From NCBI GenBank assembly GCA_012295275.1, contig CM022669.1, forward strand, positions 7,688,001-7,752,000: a DNA stretch of 64,000 nucleotides. The letters are read 5' to 3'. The stretch is from Chrysomallon squamiferum. Lineage: Eukaryota > Animalia > Mollusca. A program made the translations under genes and the position numbers. Of this stretch, positions 51,471 through 64,000 are shown piece by piece (the first letter of the stretch is position 1; every line of letters starts with the position of its first letter). The notes beneath the pieces are model-generated. The model saw nothing but the letters and a program-made list of their open reading frames with translations, was not told the DNA's origin and ran no database searches.

Positions 51471-54400
51471 TAATGATTTATATATGCTCTTTTGTTGTTA
51501 TTCATTTTTGGATACTTAATTTAAAAACAAAACAAACCAACAACAACAAAGAAACAAAACACACCCACCCCAATATCTCCCCTAAAAAAACCCCTTCAAA
51601 AACAACAAACAACAACAACAACAACAATAGTAAAACAAAACAAAACAACTTGGAAATGTGTAGTATATTGATTTAAACTAATGTCTGTATTATAGCACAA
51701 AATTATTTCTTTAAAACTGTATCAATTTTTGCCCTATTAAACGATTAAACGATTATTTCTAACTCAGTTAAGCTCATAAATTTATTTATTTTTAACAAAA
51801 CCAATGGCAATAAAATTAGAATATGAAATTTAATATTTCAGTAGAAAAGAGGCGAGTAATGAAAGTATGCTGGCGCTGCTAGTTTTAACATGAAATAAAT
51901 TGCTGCAAATCCATTATTAAATTACATCAACCAGGAACAGCGGTAATCATTCGGAAAATTATTTTATGCGAAGTTTGTATAATTATATTGATTCGAACTC
52001 TACATTAAAATGTAACATAGTACAAATGTATATATATATATATAGACACACACACTGTGTATATTATTACATGTTTGCCTATTTATGTGTATATTTATAT
52101 ATATGTCTATTTATATATGTATGTGTGTATATTTAAGTGCATGCTGCTTTACATTAAAATCTCACACAGTATTAATATAAACCATATATGTATCTGAGTG
52201 TGGAAACACACTCACTCACATAATATACACACACATACACTGTTTGTATTTTTTTTTGTGTGTGTGTGTGCATATATATAAAGTTATGTTTTGTACACGA
52301 CTTTGCTCTTTATGAGTAAGGAAATATTAATAAAACTATTCCTTACTGCTGCTTGATAAGGATTATTAAGGTATGGCGGCAGCGAGGCAGCTCTCTCATA
52401 ATTATTATCATTGCTCAAAAACATTAAATAAAGTGCTTTGATGTGTCATTAAGCTAAATAACATATATTAATGAATATGTGAATTAATTAATTTAAGCCA
52501 TATACGTGTTTTCTAAGATTGATTAATATTTCATTTCTAAGATTAGTTCATATTTTAACGTTTTTCTTTTTTATTTAAATTTCTTGTTCTTTCTTTTGTT
52601 TTTATTTATTTATTTATTTATTTATCCAATACTATTGGATTTTAATGGTAGATCGCACTTAATCAGAATTAAAAGCCTTTTGTTTTTATAACTAAAACGT
52701 ATATTACAAAAGGTCATCAGACAGATGTACCAGTGCAAGTATGCGTTGCATTTCATCTAGGACAGTTTGAAATTTAGAAAAATATATACATGTAGATAAG
52801 AAAATTAATTATTATAATTATAAAATATACGTAACTAATTAATTAAATTATTATTAAGAACGTGATGAACTATTTTCAGTGTCATTCTTTTTATTTTTTT
52901 TTAATGATTTTATGTCCTCGAGCGTTTGTGTGTGCTTGAGTGTTTATATAGGTGTTAACATTTCTTATTTTCTTCAAACAAAAAATTTAAGTTATATTTA
53001 ATATTTTACAATACAATTAGTAGACTGAAGGTTACTACTAAATTTTAATATTTTAGTTTTTAATTTTTAATTTAAATTTAATTAATTAATTTATTTATTT
53101 AATATATTTATATTTATTTATTTATTTATTTATTTTTCATTTATGTCATAAACAATCTTTGGATGGAAATAGTACACACTAAAATAAAGATTTTAACTAT
53201 TTACGAAGAAGTGCTTCATCTCTCTCGCTTGATCTGTTATTGTTTTATTTGGCTATCGTCAAGCACGCGTCAATGTTTACACAGGTCAATAGAGTGATAC
53301 CGTAACGCATGCGCAGTGGTTCAAACTAAGGTGTCCACTGGCTAATGAGAATGGAGGCCGGGAAAGGTAGGTTTGTTGACATTTTTGGCTGAAATATTCA
53401 TTTTAATTGTATTATTTGTGACACAGATTTTAATATTTGGTAAAGAAATTGATATAAAATTTCTTAAATTTAACATCATCATTTCATATTATATCAGTTG
53501 CATAAACATCGTTAAGAATTGATTTATTTTGATTAAATTGGTAACAGCTGAGTGATAGAAGCCGCGGTTGGCCACTGAGTTTTTCAAGTTTTCCATGTAT
53601 TTTGACATTTGTATTTCCTGGACATATAAAAAAAATATTGGATGACCAAAGTAACCATTTATTTCAGTTGTCTGCCAGTCATTCTCATTCATCTTATCGA
53701 TTAAATTTCGATCTGTAACAGCTCTAAATGTTTTAAATTATTCCAAATAAATGACGATAAATAAATTCTAGACCGATTAATAAAAGTGGGCGATAAAGTT
53801 ATGAAATGATACGGATGAGATCTGTATTCAGAAAATTATATTACCTATCTGCATAATTATTAGTAGTAAATTGATTATTTAATTTTAAAAATAATCGATA
53901 TTAATAATATCATTCAATAACAAAAGTAATATTCTAATAGTTTGAGACTGACACATCGGGATATGTCGACTTGTTCATGTTGATGAAGTACTGGTTAAAT
54001 TGTTCAGGTAACACTTTTAATTTGGGTATCACAACCCATTACTACTCAGAGTTAAGAGTCAGAGTGTTATAACCTGTGTTGTGTCTAACAAATCATTTAC
54101 TAATGTCTGAAGAGTCTAAGGCAGTCAGTTCGTGTATGGTCTTGAGTTGTCTGCTCCTAGCAATGTTTTTGAACTTCAAATGCATATGACGTTTCAGAAG
54201 TTTGATTGATTTCAGTCATTTTGGTTTTAGGCTGTTGTATTTCACTTATTATTATTGTCAATTAAAAATAAATAAATAAACAAAATTAATTAGAAAAAAC
54301 AACATGAAAAAAATTGTATTTATTATATTTTTCATTCCAGTTGTTTTCATTAAAAAAAAATGTATTATTATTTTTTTTTTAAACTTGGAAATGTTATTAA

Positions 54401-56485
54401 TATATATATATCTTATTCACTTTCTTTGCTCCATTTCTCTCTGATGTGTTTGTGAGGTTACAGACATGTATGTGTTAGCATTACATAAAACATTTGCCAC
54501 TTTTAAAAGTATCTGTTTCCAAAATTGCAGATCAAATGATTATCTGATTTTTTTAAAATATGGTTTTTTAAGTTAATACCTCATTTTAGTGATTAACAGC
54601 CCTAAATGTAAGAAACCCTAAAGTCTGTATTCATTCACTGGAAATTAGTTATTGAATATTCTGAATTAAAAATATTTGAGTTAAACACATTGCCACCATA
54701 TGGCCATGATTTATAGGCAATTATTAATAATTCAAGAGAATAAATGGCTGCTTTTAAAGACAGAACCATGTAACATAATACATTTCTGTTGTTGTAGTTG
54801 TTATCCAGCAGTTTCATTTTCAAAGAAAGCCTATTTTAATTTTCAAAAATATCATATTTATTTTATTTTATTATATTTTATTTCATTTATAAAATTAAAA
54901 TAACAAAATATGAACAACAGTAAAAAAGTCTTCATTAAGAAAAGAAAAAAAAAAAATAGAAAGAAAGAAGAAAAAAGAACGTTAATAAATAACAACAATA
55001 AAATTTGATTTGAAAACCTGCCATTTAGAAAGCCACTTTTTTTGGTTTAGTCTGAAATAAATTGTTGGAGATAAAAAAAAAGCCATTAAACAAGTGCAAT
55101 AGCACATAGGCAAAATAGCAATAAAAGGTGTCCTTATGAAACCTTTATTAAAGTAATGGTTTTTGTTTTATGGTACAAAAGATGTTTAATAAGTAACTGT
55201 TATGGAATGGATCTTCCTATGTGAGCTTTCAGGCAAATTCATAGTCCTGTGATAATAGTTAGGTGAACAGTGTATTAAAATCTCAGGTTATGTTTTTTAT
55301 TTTTTTATTTTTGTTCAATTTTTATGGGAAGGCAAGTGTGTGTTTGTGTGTGTGTCTGTGTGTGTGTGTGTGTTACTAGTCTTGCTCTTAAACATATTAA
55401 ATGTCCAGACAGGTAAACAGACCAACTCTTTATTTAGTCTGACCTTGCATTCTGATTAAAAATACCATTCAGCTAAAAATGTTAAGAGGAACCTGTTTAT
55501 TATATAACAGAAGAGAAAAAAAATTAAATTACTTATAAAGTATCTTGTTTACCTAAAATTCATTAAAAAAAAAGAAAAGAAAAAAGAAACATTTAGATAA
55601 ATGTATAGACATATGCCCGTCTGTTGTGGTGACAGCAAGTTATATATTCAGCTTATAGTTTCAAAATCATTATATTTAACAATTGATAAAAACAAATGTC
55701 AGCATATACTGGAGTGTTGTTTATCATTTTATTCATCCATGTAAATGAGTAACAAATAAAATGATGTGTTTGGAATATACCAGCAACTGCTATGTAACAG
55801 AATGCTCATGAATAGTAAGAAATGGGTGTCAAAATGGACAAGATTTTTTTGTTTTTCAGTTACAGTTTATGAAGATTATAAAATTAATTCCTGCTTTTTA
55901 GAGATGAAATATTGTATCATTTTACATGTTAGATAAAATATTTCTTGCAGAATATTATTTTTTAGTAAGTATCTTTTAAAACAAAAATTGAACAACAAAC
56001 CATCACTGTTTCAATTAGCTATTCCTGAATAAACTAATTTCTTTGCCAGTTTTCTGAATTTCAGTCTTGATTACAGATTACTATTAGACTAGAGAGATGG
56101 CGTATCTTAGTAAACCATGCATCTTGCCAACACCAGTGAATTGAGATTTTACTATCATCATTATTAATTTAATTACTTTTTGACCACCTGCTGAGGAAAT
56201 TGGCCTGCACTGTTATAAATAACAAATGCAGTTAATTGTTTATTCCTTTTCAACATTATTTATTAAGATAATTAGCTATAATGAGTAATTTTGTCCATGA
56301 TGGAGGGGGAAAAAAATAAAAATAAAGAAAAAAAAAAAAAAGTCTTTAGTTTTTAATGTAGTGTTCAAAACAAGCAGTCACTGGGATTCATTCCACAAGT
56401 TTGTGTTGTTTGACCAAGATAATTTCTTAAATAAACCTTTTTATAGTTAAATTCCTTACCAAGCTTTCTTACTTTTTAAAATTTT

Positions 56486-56486
56486 T

Positions 56487-56545
<59 letters not shown>

Positions 56546-56547
56546 GT

Positions 56548-56612
<65 letters not shown>
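56486..56612. repeat. (TTTA)n then (TTA)n compound microsatellite
   Basis: Directly visible in the sequence. Confidence 0.95.
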
Positions 56613-56613
<1 letters not shown>

Positions 56614-57398
56614 TTGTCTGTTTGCGCAACTTCTAATTTTAATACTGATAGTGTAATATTGAACTATCAGTGAAAGTCATATTAGTTTATATATCATCAG
56701 CTAATGGAATGATTTTGTAACAGAATGTTGGTTTTGATATTGAAGTTACATCATTCCTTGTTTAGTGTTTCATCTGGAAGTATGGATTTACATTGTTTTT
56801 GACAATATTGTTATTTCATTGTGAATAACTTTGAATAATATCAGACAGTACTGACTTCTTTCCAGAACTAACTGTGGAGGTGTGAAACCATTAAGCCATA
56901 CTCTTAACACACTAAAACCAAAATTACGTTCAACAGGGAGTCTAGATTCCTAACTAATTAATAGTTTCCTGTGGTGACTTTAAACATATATGTTTTATTA
57001 TTATTATTATTTTTTTAATTTTATTTTTAAGTTCTCTTTTCGTAAATTAGAAATATAATTTTTTATTTTTATGGTAACTAAAGAGCTGTTTTTATAATAC
57101 TGATGTTTCATAATTGTTATATGTGTGAGAGAAAATCCATTATCACTGATTTTAATACTTGGATGCAGGACCTAAAAGTAATAAAAGTAATCTAGGTCAC
57201 ATCCAGCAATCACAATAAAACTGTTACCATTCATCATTATCTGCATTAAAAATACTATTTGGTAACTATTATATTTTATGTTAAAGATATTATTAATGCA
57301 ATTTTTATGTCTGTTTATAGGTCAAAATATATGAAATATATATATATCTTTCAGTTACATTATTTACTAACAGTTATATCAAGGAATTAACTCTGCCT

Positions 57399-57539
57399 TA
57401 TATTTGTTAATGTTGTAAAATATGAGAATATGTTTTTTAAATGTGATATATTGGTATCCAAACATTAATAGTAAGTTTAAATGAGCATTTTGCATTATAT
57501 TTGTTAATGTTGTAAAATATGATAATATGTTTTTTAAAA
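57399..57539. repeat. Direct repeat of about 43 nt, two copies
   Basis: TATATTTGTTAATGTTGTAAAATATGA.AATATGTTTTTTAAA occurs at about 57399 and 57496. Confidence 0.85.
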
Positions 57540-57925
57540 CATTTGGTATTTAGTCTGTCATAATATTAATATTTTTGATTGATTATTAAAATATGTTTAT
57601 GTGGAGAAACAGACAATAAAAATCGACAACAACAACAAATAAATCATTTCAGAGTTGTTTATTGTTATTGTTTGATTTCTTGGTTGTTTTATTTATTTAT
57701 TTTATTTTATTATTATTATTTTTTTATGTTTGATATTATATTACATGACAAGTAAAGTCATGGTATAGTATACTGTTTTTACACTTAGAAAAAAACAAAA
57801 CAACATTTCTCAGAAACAGATATCAACAGTAGAAAAGAAGAAATAAAAATACCTGGAAGGGTACAATGTATTAAGGATATTTCTACACCAGAGATTGTTT
57901 TTAAGAATGAAAGCTAAACTTGGCA

Positions 57926-57957
<32 letters not shown>

Positions 57958-58766
57958 ATGATGATCTGTTTCAAGACAGATTTACAATTATTTGGAACTT
58001 GGTATTGTTTTATTTTAAAAATACTGTTTTTATATTAAAGATACTTAAATTCATATTTTATAATTAAACATTGCATTCAGGAAATCTGATTCAAAACACA
58101 GTGTTATGATTATTATAATCATAATGGCACTCAACATATTGTTCAAAAGAAGAAAAAAAAATCTGTATTTAATTAAGAAAACAAAGGCATTTGTAACAGA
58201 GATAAACATTAGTGATAATTGCCAGAACTTCAGCAACTAACAAATGATCACAGAGGAAAACACCATGTTTATCTAAGGTTCAAGCACACAACCACTGGCA
58301 TATTAATTAGTGAAATGAACTGTAACAGAATAGTGTAGAAGATAATGTGGTAATAACAGAGTTCTGTGGAGGTGTGTGTAGTGTGTGGGCTGTAATTAGT
58401 GAATGTTAATAAATAATAGCAAATGTCAGATTCTCTGAAACACACACACACTCATACACACAAACACACACATACATACACACCCATATACATACATACA
58501 TAGCAACATACACACCCATACACACAACACAAACACACACACATGCACATACACACACATATACACATACATACATACATTCATTCATTTTGAAAATATT
58601 CAAAATCCTAAAATACATACTTGCAGGTTCCAGGTTTCCCACAAAAAACAGATGCACTGACAGGGTTTGTAAGGTCATGATTAAACTTTGTCTGATGCCA
58701 GTCCGTTCCTGAATAGTGTCTGTGTGCAGAGTCTAATCAGATGTGTATACATGACAGGGAATATTA

Positions 58767-58806
<40 letters not shown>

Positions 58807-61800
58807 TACACACACAAACGTATCACATTAATAATTAGCCAGATAATAAAATAATGGCTATAATGTAATTTATTACACTGCAGTTTAAAACAGAATTAAT
58901 TCTGTCTAATGGAGCATATTTACACACAATCTATGGTATTATTGGGAAGCAAAATGTCACATTTACACTTTATTGAAAAATCAAAAAAAAGGTGTGACAT
59001 CACATGAAAGCCAGGAATTAACAGCAGCAGCAAGGTAAAATAATGTTTTTGAAACTGTCTGTGCATTCCCTCCTAGCCTCAGATTAATTTATTACAACAG
59101 TAATGGATTATACTTTACTAACTAAAATAAATAGAATATATATTCAAAATAATATAAATCAGACGATTAACAACAACAAAACCTGTACTGACTTGTATGA
59201 ACAGTGACAAAACCCCAAAAAACAGTAAAATATGTGTACTAAGATAAAAATTTAGTTTGACTGGAACAAAGGTTCACAGGGTTCTTACAAAAAAAAGAAA
59301 TTCAAAGAAAATATTCAAATGTTTGGACATAGACTTATTCAGCCACTTGTGTATCATTCTTTTCACCTTCAAAATATGTTTGTATGTTATAGATTTCAGT
59401 CACACGTCACACTTCACTGGAAAAAAAAATGCTTCGTTCCAAACCAGTATAAACATTGTGTATTGTGTATTTAGTGGAACTGATTCAAAAGGTACATGTT
59501 TAGCTGAGATGGGCTGTTTGTGGACAATTGTAATTTTATTTTAAAAGTTGATTGTCAGATGTTATAAGAAAATTCAGTGCATCTGACACTTAGAGACTTG
59601 TAAAAAAGACACACTGAAATAGGATTCTATTTATGTTACAAAGAAAGGAGCCTCTATTATGTCTATCACTCGTTTAGTATTTCCCTGTTATCAGCAGATA
59701 TTCTCTATTTACTAAAGATTTTCTTATGTTTTGTTTCAGTATGTTTATGTAAATAAACCTAGGTTATTAGCAACGTATAAAGAAACATCATGGAATTGCA
59801 GAAAGCATAGACTGGATAAACTGATATGATATTCTTGGTTTTTACTTGTTGAAGGAATGTATTTTTTTTATCTAGATATTTATGTCTAACATATACAACT
59901 AAAACCAGCACTGAGCAGCATGTCTCACACTTGTCAAATCCAGTTGATTGGTTTTCTTAAACAATCAGCCTCTGCATTGGTATGTCACTGTTTTTCAAAA
60001 TACACTCATAAGAGTTGAATTTTAGTTAATATTTTACAATATGAGTTTGTGTGTATGTGTTTGTGTGTGTGTATCTGTCTATCTATCTATCTATCTCTGT
60101 CTATATATATAATTGTAATATAATGCAGATCTGTATACTTCTTAACAGACCATCATCTTTGAGGCACTTTTCGTTATACCTAAAATACATCTACAGATTT
60201 TTATGTTTATAATTTTATGGTTTTTGGCATTGCTAGTAAGTATACAGGCTTTATTTTTCTGTCCATGACTTAATTAGTGATTAGGTGATGATGTTGCTTT
60301 GTAATTTTCTAATTAATATCACAAAGGAGTTGTTACTAGGATATCACACACATAAACAAGATCAGTTGACTACAACCCTTGAAATGGGATATTAACAGAC
60401 ATGCTATGCTGAGTTCATATACGATGTATCACAGAATTAATCTTTATGAGAATGATTTTTTTTTGTTCAAATAGTTAAACAGGGTTTGTTTAATAATAAG
60501 TATTTTCATGTTTGTGAGAAGGTATAATGTGAAATATTTCTTGCTGTTTTTTAATAATGCCATGTTTTCTCTCTTATATTTTACAGAATACTATTTTAGT
60601 TATGCAGTAAATATGCATATGATTTCTTGCTGCTGATCAGAGAGAAATAAATGAAAGTAGATACTTCACGGTTGTAGCTGATTTCAGCTCTCATTATCTC
60701 TGTAGCCCTTATCCAAATACTTATAACACCTTAGGGAAAAGAAATGGTTTGAGTACTTTGTTAAATAAATCATTCATTGATTCTGTAGAATATTAATCTG
60801 TAGTTTACTTCACAATACTCCTAATTACTTTTCTGTCTTGTGGTCTTGATTTTATTCAGTTTGATCAATTATTTTCACACTAATTTTAAGCAGTGAAGAA
60901 GCCATGGTAAGTTTATTCTAATGGAGCTTTATATTTAACAAAAAATAATACATTATGATATACTGAAAGAAATATGAAGACTTGTTTAATATTAAAAATG
61001 CTGGTCTTGTATGTATTTGATTGCAGGATTTATCTTTTAACAATTTAAGTTAGATTATCTTTTTTTTTGTTTTTCTTTCTTTTTTTCTAAGAATGATATT
61101 GTAAATTGTCAAAATTCTTTGTACTTGGAAAATTCACAAAGGAATTTATTAGATCTTTAAGCCATAACTTAGTCTTAAATTTTGAGATAGCCTTGTGAAA
61201 CAGCTAAAAGTCTAGAGATGCAGGAGACTGGACAACTGCAAGGGGGCTCTGTTCTTGGATATTCCTGGTTCATGGGATCCTAGACCATCCCAGCCCCAAA
61301 CTGTTGACCTTCCTCTACATTTTTCAATGTTATTTAAAAGTGCTAAGTACAAAGGAAAATTATCTGAATAAGAAAATAATAACGAGATTTCAGATACTTT
61401 GCATTTCAGCTTCCTGCTTCAATTTTCCAGCACATCATACATGAATCAGACATTTCTTTAGTGAGTGACCTTAGAATTTCACTTTTACAAAAGCTGATGA
61501 ACAACAGAGAGTGTCTAGCCTTATTTTTGTGTTTGATAAATTTTTATGTGCTGAAATTAACCAAGCATATCAAACATCTACACTGGTTTTGCTTCACCTG
61601 TGCCAGATTAGTTTTTGTATTGTGTTCCCTTTAGCACGATTTCATGATAGCTGTTGTTTGTTAAAATCTGTTTAGGGTTGTACAAACAAATAGCTTAACT
61701 ATATTTTGTCTGTCTCCAAATTTTTTTTTTTATCTGCAGGCTAATTTTTGCTGATAAAAAAAGAATGATAATCTAACACTGCCAGTTTACAGATACTTCC

Positions 61801-62230
61801 TTATTGATGTATTCTAAAAATATAGTGATTTATATATATCCTCATGTGCTTGTGGGTGCATGTGTATGTGTGTGTGCATTTGTGTGTTAATGTAAGTATG
61901 TTGTTCTGTTTATTTGTATGTATGTTGTTCTGTTTATTTGTATGTATATATCTCTCTGTGTGTGTGTGTGTGATACAGTTTGCCAATGTTTACTCAACTA
62001 AAATATGTTTCATCATAGCTGATGGTTTATTCATCTTTGCTTAGCTTGAAGATCAATAAGTAAATCATTGACAGAATTGCTACATCTGTCCGTCTGTCAG
62101 TTTTTTAAATATTTTTGTTTAGACAGGAAAATTATAGCTGTCTTGAATCAGTGGCTTTGATACCTGTGTTTTTTATAGCCAAAGATACACTGTCATAACA
62201 AATAGACATATACATAAATAACAGTGTATG

Positions 62231-62232
<2 letters not shown>

Positions 62233-62313
<81 letters not shown>
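62233..62313. repeat. (TC)n microsatellite
   Basis: Directly visible in the sequence. Confidence 0.95.
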
Positions 62314-62318
<5 letters not shown>

Positions 62319-64000
62319 TGTTGGTAGGTATCTATGCTGTTAGAATTAGTTCTGAAATTTATCTCAGAGATGTTTTCTAGTTAATCACTATTATGATACG
62401 GATGTGTCTTTGTTTAAACAGGTTTGGTGTTAATCACCAGTCATTCTGATATGTTAATGTTACAATGCCACATGTTACTGGCATTAAATAACTTTTGTAA
62501 CATATGGATTGTTGTTTTGCTGTTGTTATGGTAACCCAAATTTAAAATAATAGGCAACTGTGAATAAAAATACATAAAACAGACTGCATGCACCATTTAG
62601 AAATCTGAAAGAAATACAGTAACTGCTACAATAACACAACACTATTGCTTGCCAAGAATGTTTTGTCATATACGTTTTAATTTTATATTTAATTTTTTTA
62701 GTTTGTGCTGTGAATCATTTCTGTTGGAAAAAGTAAATAAAATAAAATATATAAAATATCCATTACCTTAATCTGGTTTATTTCTTTCACTTTTTATTTT
62801 TTTTTTTTTAGTGAATTATATATTTTTCAGGACTAATTTTAAAAAATGAAACAAATTTCTATGAAAACAAAAATTTAAAAGTAAAGTGTAAAAAGGGTTA
62901 AAAAAGTTACTAAGTATGTATAATACATATATCTATAATTATTTTTTTTCCAGTAATTTCATAGTTTACCAAATAGATTCATTCTTGCCGTTGAGCTACC
63001 AAACAGAACAAATTTCAGTACAACTGTTTTATCAAAAGCCATGATAACTGGCTTTCTGTAACAGTAAAATAAAAAAACATAATAATAATAAAGAATAGCC
63101 AATTTGTTGTATGGTAACAATTTTATTGGTAAATCAAACTGATTATCAGGAGGTCTTTAATAATAACAATGTACCAAAAGCTATAAGCATAATTCAAAAT
63201 TTCTTGAATACCTTCTTCCTTTCCTTTCTTTAGATAGACTGTACTTGTAATCAGTAACATCTTCTAGAAAATTCAGTTACTGTGTGACAAAATCATGATG
63301 GTTTTGAAGAGAAATGTTAAGTGCTCAATCAAATCAATATAGCTATTGTTAAGCAGATTGTCACAGAGTACGTGGTATCTGCTACTGTGTGTGAATGTGC
63401 GTTCAGTCACCAGTATGTTCATGTTCTTTATTTAATGTACAGTTAATGTAAAGGCATGGAAATTAATGATAACAGCAGCTGTTGTGTTGTATTCTTTACC
63501 TCATAGAACAATTTGTAAACTTTTGTTTCCCTGTTTCATTTACAAATCAATGAAAACTACTTCAGTTTGGTCTGATTTGGGTTTCAGTATTAATTTCATG
63601 TCTGTAGACGTGTGTCCCTATCTGTTTGTCCATCTGTCTGTCTAGCTGGATGTATGTATGTAAGTATGTGTGTTTTTGTGGTTAATGTAATGGCTGTGAT
63701 TGTGCAGTAGAGTCTTCAATAGACTGACTGGCAGATAGGTTGACAAACTGACAGATGCTTAAATTGTAAGATCATGGAAAGATACATTTTCAGAACTGTC
63801 CCTGTTATACATTTTTAGAACAATCTCATATTGATGTATTGTAAAATTAATTTTGTAAGAATTTAATATAGTGTATATTTTATTTAAATTTTACAATGCT
63901 AATCATATAGATTAGAGAGCAGTAATGTCAAATTATTTTTCTATATATTTTTTTTAATAATATATATTTTCTTCTGTTTTTGATAAATATATTTCAAGTA

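Larger units (their letters stand above)
53260..60906 (+). other. Probable 5' end of an unidentified gene: promoter, candidate UTR exons about 53320-53366 and 53941-54007, and candidate start-codon exon 60860-60906; continues off the right edge
   Basis: CpG patch with NRF1-type CGCATGCGCA (53306-53315) and donors AAG|GTAGGT (53366), CAG|GTAACA (54007) and GCCATG|GTAAGT (60906). Sequence beyond about 54.2 kb is CpG-depleted like the other gene bodies. No recognisable coding exon was found. Confidence 0.4.

Overview
AT-rich animal genomic DNA with spliceosomal introns, most likely a gastropod mollusc (inferred from protein similarity, CpG-depleted gene bodies and a repeat fragment I recall from gastropods). 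It is not prokaryotic and has no CRISPR array. Six conserved genes were assembled by hand with phase-consistent exons: the 5' part of SPG11/spatacsin (-), an MTMR10/11/12-type pseudophosphatase (+, 741 aa), SUB1/PC4 (-, 116 aa), SERF (+, 66 aa), XPA (+, 271 aa) and CCT3 (-, 545 aa). The 5' end of an unidentified + strand gene probably starts near 53.3 kb. I found no clear new multi-gene system. The best leads are: a GDGTK variant of the CCT3 ATP-site motif, a U12-type intron in SPG11, a second FKSY-motif cassette exon and a tandemly duplicated splice acceptor in the MTMR gene, a SUB1 stop codon inside a splice donor with a candidate alternative last exon, an intronic heat-shock element and candidate distal leader exon in CCT3, and decayed RING/TRIM and Tigger relics. 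Most ORFs in the supplied track are low-complexity artefacts.
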